Source of the DNA: a virus
Taxonomy: Duplodnaviria > Caudoviricetes
Virus record (IMG/VR): IMGVR_UViG_3300025715_000009
Coordinates: 96,001-160,000 of that record
Strand: one strand, 5' to 3'
DNA length: 64,000 nt
Shown here piece by piece: positions 9,676 to 19,624 of the stretch; the first letter of the stretch is position 1; each line of letters starts with the position of its first letter. The position numbers and the translations under genes were made by a program. The notes below the pieces were generated by a model. That model made no database searches. It saw only the letters and a program-made list of their open reading frames with translations, and was not told where the DNA came from.

Positions 9676-10210
9676 TCATAACCTCCTCAAACAAATCATA
9701 AATCCAAGGATCACACCACTCTGGAGATTTACTTACTCCAATTCCAACTATATCATTAGAAATTATACCACAAGTGCCTTGACCTCTAATGATTTTTTTA
9801 TACCCCATGCGTCTTTTTTCAAATTTTCCTATTTCATGATCTGGCCATAACCACTCACATCTACCCCACCCCTGACGAAAACAAAGTTCAACATTGGGAT
9901 ATCTCCATTCAAATATAGAGCTTTTTCTATATTTGTAATAATTAGCCCAAGTCCCTTCATTTAATTCCTTGGGGTCATCATAGTTGATACGATCTTCATA
10001 TACTACATCTGAGTGGAAGTCAACATTGATAACCTTGTCAACTTTATATTTATTAAGATGAGAAAGAATCTCTTCATGTGAAGAACATAGAAAAATAGGC
10101 TTTTTTAAGGATTTAACTTTTTGAAGAAAATTACGGGCATTAACTTGAGAGAGTTGTTTTTCATATTTATTTGCCCAATAATCAAGATCAATAGACAGAT
10201 AAGTTTTCAA
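9665..10210 (-). CDS. UPF0489/arginase-fold protein
   Basis: LSIDLDYW, SHEE, INVDFHSD, NEGTW, SPEW motifs. Confidence 0.7.
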   Translation of the reverse strand: MKTYLSIDLDYWANKYEKQLSQVNARNFLQKVKSLKKPIFLCSSHEEILSHLNKYKVDKVINVDFHSDVVYEDRINYDDPKELNEGTWANYYKYRKSSIFEWRYPNVELCFRQGWGRCEWLWPDHEIGKFEKRRMGYKKIIRGQGTCGIISNDIVGIGVSKSPEWCDPWIYDLFEEVMNEN

Positions 10211-11079
10211 AACAGAAGGCTCCCCTTATCATCCCACTTGGTATAGAGCTTACAATTCTCTCTAAGAATAAGATATTTGATTTCTTCTTTGTCAGATGAT
10301 GTGCTCATGCAATCATCATCAACTACTACGGACATCTCATCAATAGAATATCTAACCGCCCCAAAGGGAAGCCTTTCAAGACGCCGCCCATGAGCTAAAA
10401 TATACTGATTTAGAAGAGTAAAGAAAGAAGGATTAACCTGATGGTTATTAATCCACTTATCCTGAGGAGTATCATTACCAGAAGTATATAGCTTACGAAA
10501 GGTGATCTGATCAGCCCCAAGAGACCTACAGACTTTAAAGATATGCTTAATATCAATGTTGTTATATTCGTCTGTCATGTTGAGAGAAAGACGAAGATTA
10601 AAATCATAACGCTTGATTTCAGAGCAGATATGAGAAATGTCTACTTTGATATTATCAGGAGTGCCATTATATTCTGCATTCTTGTCATCATCGAAAAGAG
10701 AGGAGAGGGATAGAGAGATGGTGTTGATACGAACATCATTACGCATCCAGCGTAGAGATTCATCATTGATAAACACACCAGAAGTCTGAAGTTCAAGCAT
10801 CCTAAAGGGCTTTTCAAGACCCTTATTCATCTCACCAACCATTTCAATAAACGACTGATTGGCCATGGGCTCACCATCACCAGTGAACATTAGAGTGTTG
10901 CAACCATTATCTCTGGCAAAAGCAAGACGCTCTTTATAATCAGTCTTATATAGATCTCTAAAACGCTTATTATCTTCTATCTGATTAGTATAGTCTCCTC
11001 TATGCATCTTGGAGACACAGAATTTGCAGTTGTTAGGGCATCCAGCAGGAACACAAACTGACAATGACTGAATCTGCAT
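10207..11079 (-). CDS. Radical SAM protein
   Basis: CPNNCKFC and FTGDGEP motifs. Confidence 0.9.
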   Translation of the reverse strand: MQIQSLSVCVPAGCPNNCKFCVSKMHRGDYTNQIEDNKRFRDLYKTDYKERLAFARDNGCNTLMFTGDGEPMANQSFIEMVGEMNKGLEKPFRMLELQTSGVFINDESLRWMRNDVRINTISLSLSSLFDDDKNAEYNGTPDNIKVDISHICSEIKRYDFNLRLSLNMTDEYNNIDIKHIFKVCRSLGADQITFRKLYTSGNDTPQDKWINNHQVNPSFFTLLNQYILAHGRRLERLPFGAVRYSIDEMSVVVDDDCMSTSSDKEEIKYLILRENCKLYTKWDDKGSLLF

Positions 11080-11121
11080 AGAGGATCCTCCTATACAGAT
11101 TATATAATATAATCTTCTGTT

Positions 11122-11472
11122 CTAAATTAAGAATGGATTTTTATAGTCATGTCTATCAAGTAATAACATGTGAGCAGCATTTTTCATTAAAATATCTTGA
11201 ACAAATTGATAAACAAATTCTGCTGATTGTTCACTACAATGTAGTTTTTCTGCTATATATGATAATGAGCATGGATTGGTAAATTCTGATAATCGGAAAC
11301 GATATATAGAGTTATTAAGCATTATTAAGACATGTTCTGTTCCTGCTTCTGGGAAATATATATCACACCCATCTTTATAATTAGCTACACCAATAAAAAC
11401 GCATTGACCACCTATTTCAACTTTATGAATTATACCTTTAAATGGAGATGTATCAAGGATTTTATATTCCAT
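11122..11472 (-). CDS. Hypothetical protein
   Basis: ORF in operon. Confidence 0.65.
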   Translation of the reverse strand: MEYKILDTSPFKGIIHKVEIGGQCVFIGVANYKDGCDIYFPEAGTEHVLIMLNNSIYRFRLSEFTNPCSLSYIAEKLHCSEQSAEFVYQFVQDILMKNAAHMLLLDRHDYKNPFLI

Positions 11473-11944
11473 ATTCTACTACTGTTATATTTAAGTTTGG
11501 TGTTACTGATTGAATAATTGAGACGATCTCATCCCAATTTCCTCTTGCTAATCCTGCTCCTATTTTTGGTATGCCTACTTTTTTACCAGCATATTCTTTA
11601 TTTAATTGGGAAAATATCTTTTCCACTGCATCTAAATTTACCAATTGTCCAGATCCACGATAATCATACTGAGTATAAGCATTGATAATTGTAAGGTCTT
11701 GATTTTTATATCCTGATCCATCTGGAACTTGCAAAATGATTTCTACTTTTGAGTATGTTCCAAGTTTTGATCTATCAGCATATTTAGTTTTTTTATCTAC
11801 CTCATATGCTTTAGGCCAATTTAATTTTATTTGTTTGGCTATACCCGCTCCCATTGTGCAGAAACAATTACACCCATGAACAATTATATCAAATTGACCT
11901 TTTTTGGTCAAGAGAATAAGATCCCCTCTTTTAGTCTGGATCAT
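11462..11944 (-). CDS. Macro-domain protein (ADP-ribose binding/hydrolase, T4 Tk.4-like)
   Basis: HGCNCFCTMGAGIAKQI and PKIGAGLARGNW motifs. Confidence 0.9.
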   Translation of the reverse strand: MIQTKRGDLILLTKKGQFDIIVHGCNCFCTMGAGIAKQIKLNWPKAYEVDKKTKYADRSKLGTYSKVEIILQVPDGSGYKNQDLTIINAYTQYDYRGSGQLVNLDAVEKIFSQLNKEYAGKKVGIPKIGAGLARGNWDEIVSIIQSVTPNLNITVVEYGI

Positions 11945-12221
11945 CAGCTTTTTCTAAAATTTGAATTTGTTCACGAATTGCCTTTACAGCCAATTCATTA
12001 AAAGTTATATCCTGCCTATGGGCTTCTTTAGCAAGCTCTAAAAACAGATCGTCTGGGATGTCTACATCTATTTTTCTTTGAACAGTAAACATATCATTAA
12101 ATGCTTGATTATCAACAACTTTAAGAATAACATCTTTATGAGTAAGAACATCACTCAACTCTTCGGTAATAAATTGAAGATTTGATTTGCTAGTAATCAT
12201 TACTACTTTAACATTGTCCAT
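11931..12221 (-). CDS. Hypothetical protein, C-terminal ribbon-helix-helix-like
   Basis: IDVDIPDDLFLELAKEAHRQDITFNEL; likely start MDNVKV. Confidence 0.6.
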   Translation of the reverse strand: MDNVKVVMITSKSNLQFITEELSDVLTHKDVILKVVDNQAFNDMFTVQRKIDVDIPDDLFLELAKEAHRQDITFNELAVKAIREQIQILEKADDPD

Positions 12222-12399
12222 CTTCTTCCTCCTTGCAGATAATATAACCACCATTTTCAAAAACAGATTTAATTTCACATTTTATGCCATCACATTTGCC
12301 AATATGAACTGACCCATTTACTGTTTTACCAGATATAATATATCCATATTTATTACAAAGAGCTGTTAGCTCCTGTGTGAACTCTTCTAAATTACTCAT
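12208..12399 (-). CDS. Small hypothetical protein
   Basis: ORF with RBS. Confidence 0.6.
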   Translation of the reverse strand: MSNLEEFTQELTALCNKYGYIISGKTVNGSVHIGKCDGIKCEIKSVFENGGYIICKEEEDGQC

Positions 12400-12413
12400 T
12401 TTTTACCTCTTAA

Positions 12414-12677
12414 TTATATATGCTTTTCTTCAAAGAATTTTACCCACATCGGTTCAATGGTCATAAGCACATGATTTTGTTTTTCAACCTGACCAGTTAT
12501 GTCATAATAATTCTCTCCAATTTTGGTAATAACATGATCACTGTCATAATATGGTTCTGCTTCTGGATACTCCTCTTTTAATATCTTGTAAAAATCATAA
12601 CATCCACCTTGTGTAAAGATGACAACACTATTTGGGTGTGATTCTCTTATCTGCTCAATAAAGTTAAGTATTTCCAT
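12414..12677 (-). CDS. Conserved phage hypothetical (GGC..H..YDITG, papain/transglutaminase-like triad)
   Basis: FTQGGCY, DHVITKI, YYDITG. Confidence 0.6.
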   Translation of the reverse strand: MEILNFIEQIRESHPNSVVIFTQGGCYDFYKILKEEYPEAEPYYDSDHVITKIGENYYDITGQVEKQNHVLMTIEPMWVKFFEEKHI

Positions 12678-13200
12678 CTAACACCTTATTTACTGCTCTT
12701 GAAATAATATCAAAATCATTATTAAAAACATATACTAATCCACATTTGCTTGGGGTATCAGAATCAAATTTATCAAAAAGTCTATCAAACCACTCAGAGC
12801 GATATTCCCACTCCTCTTCTGATATCCCTTCTTCTGGATCTGTATTATTCCAATAATCAAATGATGGGAGAGAGTAGAGTTGCTTATAAACATTGGGGAA
12901 CTTATATTCACTTAATCCAAAAAATTGGATAACAATATCTCCTTCATTTTGATATACCACACAGCTAAGATCAATATCAAATGGTTCGCCTTTATTTGGT
13001 GAGATTCTGGCTGCTGGAATAATTTTCATGAGCTCACTAATTTTTTGGAATTTATTCTCTTTTGTAATATCATGTAGCCCCTTGGCTATAAAATTAATGC
13101 CATCTAAGGTGTAATCTTCTGATAAAAGTTTATTTAACCATTTTAGAAGTTCATCATATCCTTTATTCCATCTCCAGGCATAATAAATTTTTGTAGACAT
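12664..13200 (-). CDS. Hypothetical protein
   Basis: 178-aa ORF, MSTKIY start. Confidence 0.7.
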   Translation of the reverse strand: MSTKIYYAWRWNKGYDELLKWLNKLLSEDYTLDGINFIAKGLHDITKENKFQKISELMKIIPAARISPNKGEPFDIDLSCVVYQNEGDIVIQFFGLSEYKFPNVYKQLYSLPSFDYWNNTDPEEGISEEEWEYRSEWFDRLFDKFDSDTPSKCGLVYVFNNDFDIISRAVNKVLDGNT

Positions 13201-13202
13201 AA

Positions 13203-13361
13203 TTACCCCCTAAAAAAAGTAAATGGAATTGACAAGAAAATAATTGCACACCCTATAAACAATGTCATTATGCCTAAACCAAGAGACAGAATAGCAGTCC
13301 CAGAAATAATAAAGCTTGAAAAGATAAAAACACTTGTTAATTCTCTTGATCTATATGACAT
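13203..13361 (-). CDS. Small membrane protein (52 aa)
   Basis: Translated manually; two hydrophobic stretches; GGAGGAG RBS. Confidence 0.6.
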   Translation of the reverse strand: MSYRSRELTSVFIFSSFIISGTAILSLGLGIMTLFIGCAIIFLSIPFTFFRG

Positions 13362-13373
13362 AATCTCCTCCAA

Positions 13374-13817
13374 TTATACTAACCCATTCATCGCTTCTAA
13401 AACATCTGTCATAGTATCTATACTCTCTTTTTTCAAAGAAGAATAGTATTTTATATAATTTAAAGCAACTTGTTTAAAAGTAATAAAAACTTCATAGTTA
13501 TTAGAAATACAACACATATCATAGTGTAAGCTTTTGCTAATTATTATTGTTTCTTTAAATTGTTTTCTAAATTTTTTATCTCTTATAGAAATTTGTTCAG
13601 TACTATCAAACACATCAAAAATAGTTTCTGCTTTAAACATTTTTTGATAAGAATTAAATGTTCTTTTATCCAAGAAAATAATAGAACAAAGATCTTTAAT
13701 TTCTTGGACAAGTTGATTTCTAAATTCTTTAACCCCTTGAAGAGTTTCTTCTACTTTTTGTAAATTTTGTTTTTCATCATCACTTAACAGCATCATCTTC
13801 TCCAAATTTGAAATCAT
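13374..13817 (-). CDS. Hypothetical protein
   Basis: ORF. Confidence 0.6.
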   Translation of the reverse strand: MISNLEKMMLLSDDEKQNLQKVEETLQGVKEFRNQLVQEIKDLCSIIFLDKRTFNSYQKMFKAETIFDVFDSTEQISIRDKKFRKQFKETIIISKSLHYDMCCISNNYEVFITFKQVALNYIKYYSSLKKESIDTMTDVLEAMNGLV

Positions 13818-14247
13818 CTTTTATCCACTGTTCTAATGTTTTGGCTTTTTTCAAACCAGCCAATTGTTCTTTAGTAAATCTTATGCCTGTATCTCCTGAA
13901 GATAAAGCTACTAATTTAGATCCTCTTTCTTCACATGTTTTTTTATATTTTCTCATGCTTGCTACTGGAAAAATGTAAAACTCATCCATATAGTGGTCTG
14001 TTATAGCAAACACATCTCCAATAAAAGAATTTATGCTTTTAATTGATACACCACTTCTTTTCACATCTACTTTAATAATTTCATCATTATTATATATATA
14101 AAAATCTCCATTCTTTAAATCAAAATATGTTGTATACTCTGGAAAACTTCTTGTTGATCTATATTCAACATTATGTTTCTTTAATAGATTAGAAAATTTT
14201 ACTTCTGCTTCTTGACCATAGGTAAGTCTTTCTTCAAATTCTTTCAT
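13780..14247 (-). CDS. PD-(D/E)xK nuclease-like protein
   Basis: GQEAE..GDF..KVDVK restriction-fold motif order. Confidence 0.6.
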   Translation of the reverse strand: MKEFEERLTYGQEAEVKFSNLLKKHNVEYRSTRSFPEYTTYFDLKNGDFYIYNNDEIIKVDVKRSGVSIKSINSFIGDVFAITDHYMDEFYIFPVASMRKYKKTCEERGSKLVALSSGDTGIRFTKEQLAGLKKAKTLEQWIKDDFKFGEDDAVK

Positions 14248-14249
14248 GA

Positions 14250-14699
14250 TTAAATCCCCAATAGGGGTTGCCGAACCCCCATATCCCCAAATAAATCATT
14301 TGTCTTTGTAATAATAAATTTTATACGAACACTACTCAAAGTAAATGTATTATTTCTGCGAGTAATAGAAACATCATTTATTACCTTCTCTTCATTCTTT
14401 CCAACATAGAAAAGTTTAAGTGTTCTATTATCATAATCATAAAGCATAATTGTATCATTTATAGGTTCTACATTGATTACATATAAAATAAAAGTATTTC
14501 CACTTTGATAAATAAGGCTAAGTGTTGTATTTCCTTCTTGTTTAAGTAAATCTCTCATCAGTTTATAATATAGTTCAGTGTTCTCTTTTAATTCTTTTAC
14601 ATCATTTGAAGTCATATCCCAACAATAAAGTTCAGGATAATTTTGAGCAAAGGCTAGGCAAGAAATAAAAATAAATAGTAAAACAAGAAGCTTTTTCAT
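14250..14699 (-). CDS. Secreted protein with signal peptide
   Basis: MKKLLVLLFIFISCLAFA-Q. Confidence 0.7.
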   Translation of the reverse strand: MKKLLVLLFIFISCLAFAQNYPELYCWDMTSNDVKELKENTELYYKLMRDLLKQEGNTTLSLIYQSGNTFILYVINVEPINDTIMLYDYDNRTLKLFYVGKNEEKVINDVSITRRNNTFTLSSVRIKFIITKTNDLFGDMGVRQPLLGI

Positions 14700-14720
14700 T
14701 TATCCTCCAAAGATAATAAT

Positions 14721-14990
14721 ATGTACATGCTAAGAATCAATTATTCAGGGGCTCCTCTTTTGTTCGAGGTGGAAATAGGTAAAGATACAGCCACTATTAT
14801 AAAGGAGTTGTCCAATTACTTTAAAAAAAGGTATGAGTCTACACAAGAATTTAAAAAACAATGGCTCATCTCCTCTACTACAAACATACCCAAGACAACT
14901 GACTTTGGTCATTTATTATACTCACAAGATTTAGCAATCTTACAAGCGCTCATCATCAAATATGTGTTTAATGATTTAAAGATTACTTAA
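14721..14990 (+). CDS. Small hypothetical protein with C-terminal IIKYVF tag; lone + strand gene with its own AAGATAAT motif
   Basis: AAGATAAT ends 3 nt before the ATG. Confidence 0.7.
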   Translation: MYMLRINYSGAPLLFEVEIGKDTATIIKELSNYFKKRYESTQEFKKQWLISSTTNIPKTTDFGHLLYSQDLAILQALIIKYVFNDLKIT

Positions 14991-15071
14991 TCTTTTTGCC
15001 AAGGCCAACAACCAAGAGCCAAGCGTATAATCAATAACATAACAACAAAAATCCCAATAGCTATTATTATT

Positions 15072-15224
15072 CTACTGATCATTTGGTGTATAGTTCCATG
15101 TTTCTTTAACTTGTTCAATTGCTTCTTTTAGTATCTTACCAGTTGTTCCAACATATTGAACACCATCTTTCCACCATGCAAAACAAGTCATGCCATCAAT
15201 AAAACCCTCCATGTATTCATCCAT
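15072..15224 (-). CDS. Small hypothetical protein (MDEYMEGFIDGMTCFAWWKDG...)
   Basis: Translated manually; AAGGAG RBS. Confidence 0.65.
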   Translation of the reverse strand: MDEYMEGFIDGMTCFAWWKDGVQYVGTTGKILKEAIEQVKETWNYTPNDQ

Positions 15225-15225
15225 A

Positions 15226-15534
15226 TTATACTCCTTCAAGATTATCAATTACTACTAAAATTGTTGCTGGATTTACGCCAGTTTTTAACAATTTTCGCGC
15301 TTTTTCTAAATAAGAAAAATGTGATCCTCCAGTCCAATCATGAACACCATCATGAATTTCATAATACCATCCACACTCATCTGTGTGGTTATAATGACAT
15401 AATTTAGCATGTAGAGAAAATGCTAATAGATATTCAGGACAAAGAGATTCAATATCATGAGCTTCTTTTTTAAGTTTTTCTAATTCTTTTTGTTTTTCAT
15501 TAATCTCTTGTTGTAATTTTTCCATATAATTCAT
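15226..15534 (-). CDS. Hypothetical protein, His/Cys metal motif
   Basis: LHAKLCHYNHTDECGWYYE. Confidence 0.7.
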   Translation of the reverse strand: MNYMEKLQQEINEKQKELEKLKKEAHDIESLCPEYLLAFSLHAKLCHYNHTDECGWYYEIHDGVHDWTGGSHFSYLEKARKLLKTGVNPATILVVIDNLEGV

Positions 15535-15549
15535 ACCACACCTCCTATA

Positions 15550-15849
15550 TTAGATACACTCTCTTAATCTTTTCCATTTTTCAGCTGCTTTATTTTTATC
15601 ACTATCAAAATTAAAAGTTAACTTTATAATAAAAATTCTATTATCGTGAAAATCAAAATAAAAGCTTTTTTTATCTCTAATTCCAGATGTTCCATCAATT
15701 AAATATTCTGATAGTTGATTAAAAAATTTTTTGTCTTTTCTTGACCCATTAGATCTTGTATAAAAAAATATATTATTATCATTAAATTCTATTGCTTTTA
15801 TTAATTCTTTTCCATTTAATAAATCTTTAGCCGCTAAAGCATAGTCCAT
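15550..15849 (-). CDS. Hypothetical protein, N-terminal AKDLL tag
   Basis: Likely start MDYALAAKDLL. Confidence 0.65.
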   Translation of the reverse strand: MDYALAAKDLLNGKELIKAIEFNDNNIFFYTRSNGSRKDKKFFNQLSEYLIDGTSGIRDKKSFYFDFHDNRIFIIKLTFNFDSDKNKAAEKWKRLRECI

Positions 15850-15850
15850 T

Positions 15851-16114
15851 TTAATGCCTTCGTTGTTTTTTCTCAAAAATTTCTTGTGTTTGTATAAACA
15901 AACATAAAATATTTTCTTCTACTTTGAAATATTTTGCAACTACAATATATACTATATCATTTAGATAAACACATTCATTGATACTCGGAATATATTCTGG
16001 ATATTCTTGATCAAGAAAATTTTTCACAACATCATCGTTTTCTTGAACCACTGCATAGCTTGCAATAAATGGTTTCCCAAGAAGACAATTTTTAGCTTTT
16101 ACTGCATCATTCAT
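15851..16114 (-). CDS. Hypothetical protein, N-terminal AKNCLL tag
   Basis: ORF in operon. Confidence 0.65.
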   Translation of the reverse strand: MNDAVKAKNCLLGKPFIASYAVVQENDDVVKNFLDQEYPEYIPSINECVYLNDIVYIVVAKYFKVEENILCLFIQTQEIFEKKQRRH

Positions 16115-16500
16115 TATTCACCTTCTGGGAAAACAACTTCATATATAGTCTCTTTGCCACCAAATTTCCAAAATGTTCGTTTATATACTATATTGCGCTC
16201 AATAAGAACAGGAGCTATCTTTACTGCATTTTCTGGTATAGCCATATTGCTTACTTTTGATCTGATATTATTAGCTGTAATAAAATTACCATCATGATCA
16301 ACATAATATCCATTGATTGCAATAAGCTCATGCTGTACTTTTTCATCTGAGTAAATAACTTTTTCATTTGATGCAATAAGACCACCAAACATTATACCCA
16401 GAGCAAACATAATTGGAAGAAAGAGTGGACTTTCCGTAATTATAGATCCTAAAGTTCCAATTATTACACATATAACAATAATAATTATTAAGCTACCCAT
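16114..16500 (-). CDS. Membrane protein (2 TM)
   Basis: Hydrophobic N-terminus. Confidence 0.7.
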   Translation of the reverse strand: MGSLIIIIVICVIIGTLGSIITESPLFLPIMFALGIMFGGLIASNEKVIYSDEKVQHELIAINGYYVDHDGNFITANNIRSKVSNMAIPENAVKIAPVLIERNIVYKRTFWKFGGKETIYEVVFPEGE

Positions 16501-16861
16501 TATTCCTCTCCTGCTTTAAAATTATATACAGGTCGCATAGTAAGATGAATATCTACCGTATACTTAATATATTCTTTTATCTTTTCAGGATCTTTGTAAG
16601 CCATAGGAGACCCATCAAAAATTGAAGTTGAAATGTAAGAAGACTAAACATCCCTCCTATAATACCAATTAAAGAAAATATAACAATAATAATTATTAAG
16701 CTACCCATTATTCCTCTCCTGCTTTAAAATTATAAACAGGTCGCATAGTAAGATGAATATCTACAGTGTCCTTAATATATTCTTTGATCTTTTCAGGGTC
16801 TTTGTAAGCCATAGGAGACTCATCAAGAGTTGAAGTTGAAACACAAGAAGACCAAACCTCC
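16471..16861. repeat. Diverged tandem duplication (~180 bp, period 208) of the rtcB 3' end plus the start of the downstream gene
   Basis: 16471-16653 aligns with 16679-16861 with scattered substitutions. Confidence 0.9.
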
Positions 16862-18909
16862 TTCATGCTATCCTTGAAATCTTCCATTTTGAGAGTTCGC
16901 TTTGCTTCTCCTCTACCCATAGTTCTGCCAGCTCCATGAGGAGCTGAGCAGTTCCAATCATCATTACCTTTTCCTTTACAGATAATAATGCCGTCTCGCA
17001 TATTCCAAGGGATAATCAGATCATCACCTGCATAAGCAGCTACTGCGCCCTTTCGAATGATTGAGTGTTCAATATCTACATAGTTATGAAGAGTCTCAAT
17101 TCTCTCAAGCTTGTTAAAGTTCTCCTTGAAGAAATCTACAGCAACAGTCTTGAGTATGATTTTACGAGAGAGGCATGCAAATTCATGAGCTGCTTTAGTA
17201 GCCTCAATATAATCTTGCATAGCTTGTCCAGTAATATATTCAAGCCCATTTACTGAACCTTGAGACTTGTTTGTTTCCTTTTTGGCAATATTCTGATAAA
17301 AGTTAGCAATCTTTAATCCAAAGTTTCTTGAACCAGTATGAACAGTAAACCAATAGTCTCCATTATCATCAAGGTTAAGCTCCATGAAGTGGTTTCCACC
17401 GCCTAAAGTTCCACATGATGCAAGAACATAGTCAAGCTTCTGAGCAGTTGAGTGAGCAATTCGAGTGATGAAATCAAGATCAATCTCTTCAATCATCTTG
17501 TGAGGCTTTTGTCGAATATCAAAACCAGCAGGGATATTTTGTCTAATGAATTTATCAAGGTGATCCATTTGAAGACCAGAAATTTTTCCAATCTTTACAG
17601 ATGCTACACCACAATTATGAACAAATACACCAGCAGAAAGTGCAAAATTATGAGAATCATTATCTACAGTGAGACAATAGACTGGGATAATATCGGTTTT
17701 AATTCTAATTGATGTTACCTTATGATTTAAACATTTATGATTCTTGAAATAAAAATTTGATCTAAATTTTCTTCCACACTTCTCACAGGTAATATATATA
17801 GGATTATGAGATTTAATATGTTTGTTATAGTTTCCACTTCCAAGAATGGTTCTACCACAAATATCACACGTGTATGAAGTAGGGTTTTTATTGTATTCTA
17901 TTAAATATTTTTTCCCCCTCTCACCATTCTTCATGAATGGAATTTTATCTATGAATTTTTTTCCTTTTCTCTTCTTTCCACCTTCTATAACAGCATTTCT
18001 AAAATTGTCATTCTTCCAGTTTTTCTTCATATTATCTGAACCCATTTTTGCAAAAAACTTTGGATTTTTCCTATGTGCTGCTCCAAATCCACTTATTCCC
18101 AATTCATTTATTTCTTTGGCGTGAGATGCATGAATTTTCCAATGGGCTTTCCAATCTAAAATTTCTATATTTGATGGATTATTATTATATTTATTAAAAT
18201 CCTTATGATGACGAATCCCCCTTGAGTTATAAATGCCATTTTTGAGATTATATTCATCTGAAAGATAATGAATATATTTCCACTTATTTGACAGTGGATC
18301 ATAAACAACATAATATTCTGACAATTTATTTCTCTTATCTCTAAGTAAGAGATCTTTGTCTGATATTTCTGATGATTTTTTAATATAAAGAGGCATTAGA
18401 GATAATCCCTCTGTTAAATCTTTTGCAAGAATTTGATTGTTTTGTCTATCATAGAAAATATGATCTGGTGTACACTCGATAATTTCACCATTATCAAGGG
18501 TTATTTCTACTATTTTCATAGATTCACCATATTGAGAAACATCTGTTATTTGTGAAATAATTACTTCTGAATTGCTATTTATTGAAAAACAATAATTTAT
18601 TTTTCCAGATTTATATTCTTCTAAAAGCTGTATGAACGAAATATCTCTCCCATCAGCAAGACGGACTTTTGTATTTCCAGAAAAACAAGAGATATCAACA
18701 CCTACGACATTGGGAACAATCTTGTCAGAATAAGTAGAAGTAAACCCAATTACAGATCCTGCACCTGCATGAACATCTGGCATTATACGGATCTTGGATC
18801 CTTCAAATGCTTGGCAGTTGACGAATGAGTAGATTTGAGAAATAGCTGTCTGTTCTATTTCATCATTATATACATGAGCTTCTGAATACTTTCCCTTAAT
18901 TATCTGCAT
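16708..18909 (-). CDS. rtcB: RtcB RNA ligase, intein-interrupted
   Basis: MPDVHAG, VGVDI(S)C, GTLGGGNHF, HTGSR, HNY, RKGA, SAPHGAGR, DESPMAYK motifs. Confidence 0.95.
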   Translation of the reverse strand: MQIIKGKYSEAHVYNDEIEQTAISQIYSFVNCQAFEGSKIRIMPDVHAGAGSVIGFTSTYSDKIVPNVVGVDISCFSGNTKVRLADGRDISFIQLLEEYKSGKINYCFSINSNSEVIISQITDVSQYGESMKIVEITLDNGEIIECTPDHIFYDRQNNQILAKDLTEGLSLMPLYIKKSSEISDKDLLLRDKRNKLSEYYVVYDPLSNKWKYIHYLSDEYNLKNGIYNSRGIRHHKDFNKYNNNPSNIEILDWKAHWKIHASHAKEINELGISGFGAAHRKNPKFFAKMGSDNMKKNWKNDNFRNAVIEGGKKRKGKKFIDKIPFMKNGERGKKYLIEYNKNPTSYTCDICGRTILGSGNYNKHIKSHNPIYITCEKCGRKFRSNFYFKNHKCLNHKVTSIRIKTDIIPVYCLTVDNDSHNFALSAGVFVHNCGVASVKIGKISGLQMDHLDKFIRQNIPAGFDIRQKPHKMIEEIDLDFITRIAHSTAQKLDYVLASCGTLGGGNHFMELNLDDNGDYWFTVHTGSRNFGLKIANFYQNIAKKETNKSQGSVNGLEYITGQAMQDYIEATKAAHEFACLSRKIILKTVAVDFFKENFNKLERIETLHNYVDIEHSIIRKGAVAAYAGDDLIIPWNMRDGIIICKGKGNDDWNCSAPHGAGRTMGRGEAKRTLKMEDFKDSMKEVWSSCVSTSTLDESPMAYKDPEKIKEYIKDTVDIHLTMRPVYNFKAGEE
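17614..18687 (-). mobile_element. Intein (358 aa) with HNH endonuclease and two C2H2-like Zn fingers
   Basis: CFSGNT start, CTPDH block B, HHKDFNKYNN HNH, HNFALSAGVFVHN|C end. Confidence 0.92.
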
Positions 18910-19231
18910 CTTCCATTCCTTTTACAAGATTTTTAATTGTTTCTGCTTCTTCAATTTTATTATCAAGTGCATTATAATATTTATCACTCATATAAGAATA
19001 TGAACTTTCTTTTTTGAGATTTTCTATTTCTTTTTCAATCATATCCAAGATATTTTCTTTGGTCATTTTTTCTCCATACTTGCCTTTAATATAGCAAGAT
19101 CTCTAACAACAAGGATGTTTGCATAGATTAAACCAAAAACATAGCTTGTCCAAACCGGCAAATGAAAATATGCTGTAGCAAATGTGATAAAAAACGCTGA
19201 AATGGCAAATCTACTAAAGAAAATAATCAGA

Positions 19232-19624
19232 TTAAGAATCACTTAAATGCTCCTTTTTAACCTCTCCACAATACTTACAAGTATAAATTGTAATTATATC
19301 AATGTCTATATTGTCTTGTTTTAGTGAATATTGTTTAGTCTGTTCCCAAAAGTGAAGACATTCAACTTCACCACAGATTGAACAAATTTTCTTATTGTCC
19401 TTAATCTCCCATTTATGATTGCAAGTAATGGGGATAGTTTTAATCTCTCCACATCTTAGGCAAGTTTGAATCCCTTTTTCAAAATTGTTTTCCCATTGAT
19501 GAATACAAGTAGGTAAGCCAACAAATTTTGCCTCATTACACTCTATACAAAATTGATAACCGCGATCATCTACGGCGGACCAATATTTGTGTTTACAGCG
19601 TAATAGCTTATTAATAAACTTCAT
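19232..19624 (-). CDS. Cys/His-rich protein with four CxHxW..CxxC repeats
   Basis: CKHKY, CIHQW, CNHKW, CLHFW, each followed by CxxC. Confidence 0.7.
   Translation of the reverse strand: MKFINKLLRCKHKYWSAVDDRGYQFCIECNEAKFVGLPTCIHQWENNFEKGIQTCLRCGEIKTIPITCNHKWEIKDNKKICSICGEVECLHFWEQTKQYSLKQDNIDIDIITIYTCKYCGEVKKEHLSDS

Noticed and set aside
14264-14280. GC-rich hairpin GGGGTT-CGGC-AACCCC as a terminator
   Set aside because: No U-tract and it lies inside an ORF end; function unsupported.
16471-16861. DGR template/variable repeat pair
   Set aside because: Mismatches are not adenine-specific on either strand, and there is no reverse transcriptase in the window.
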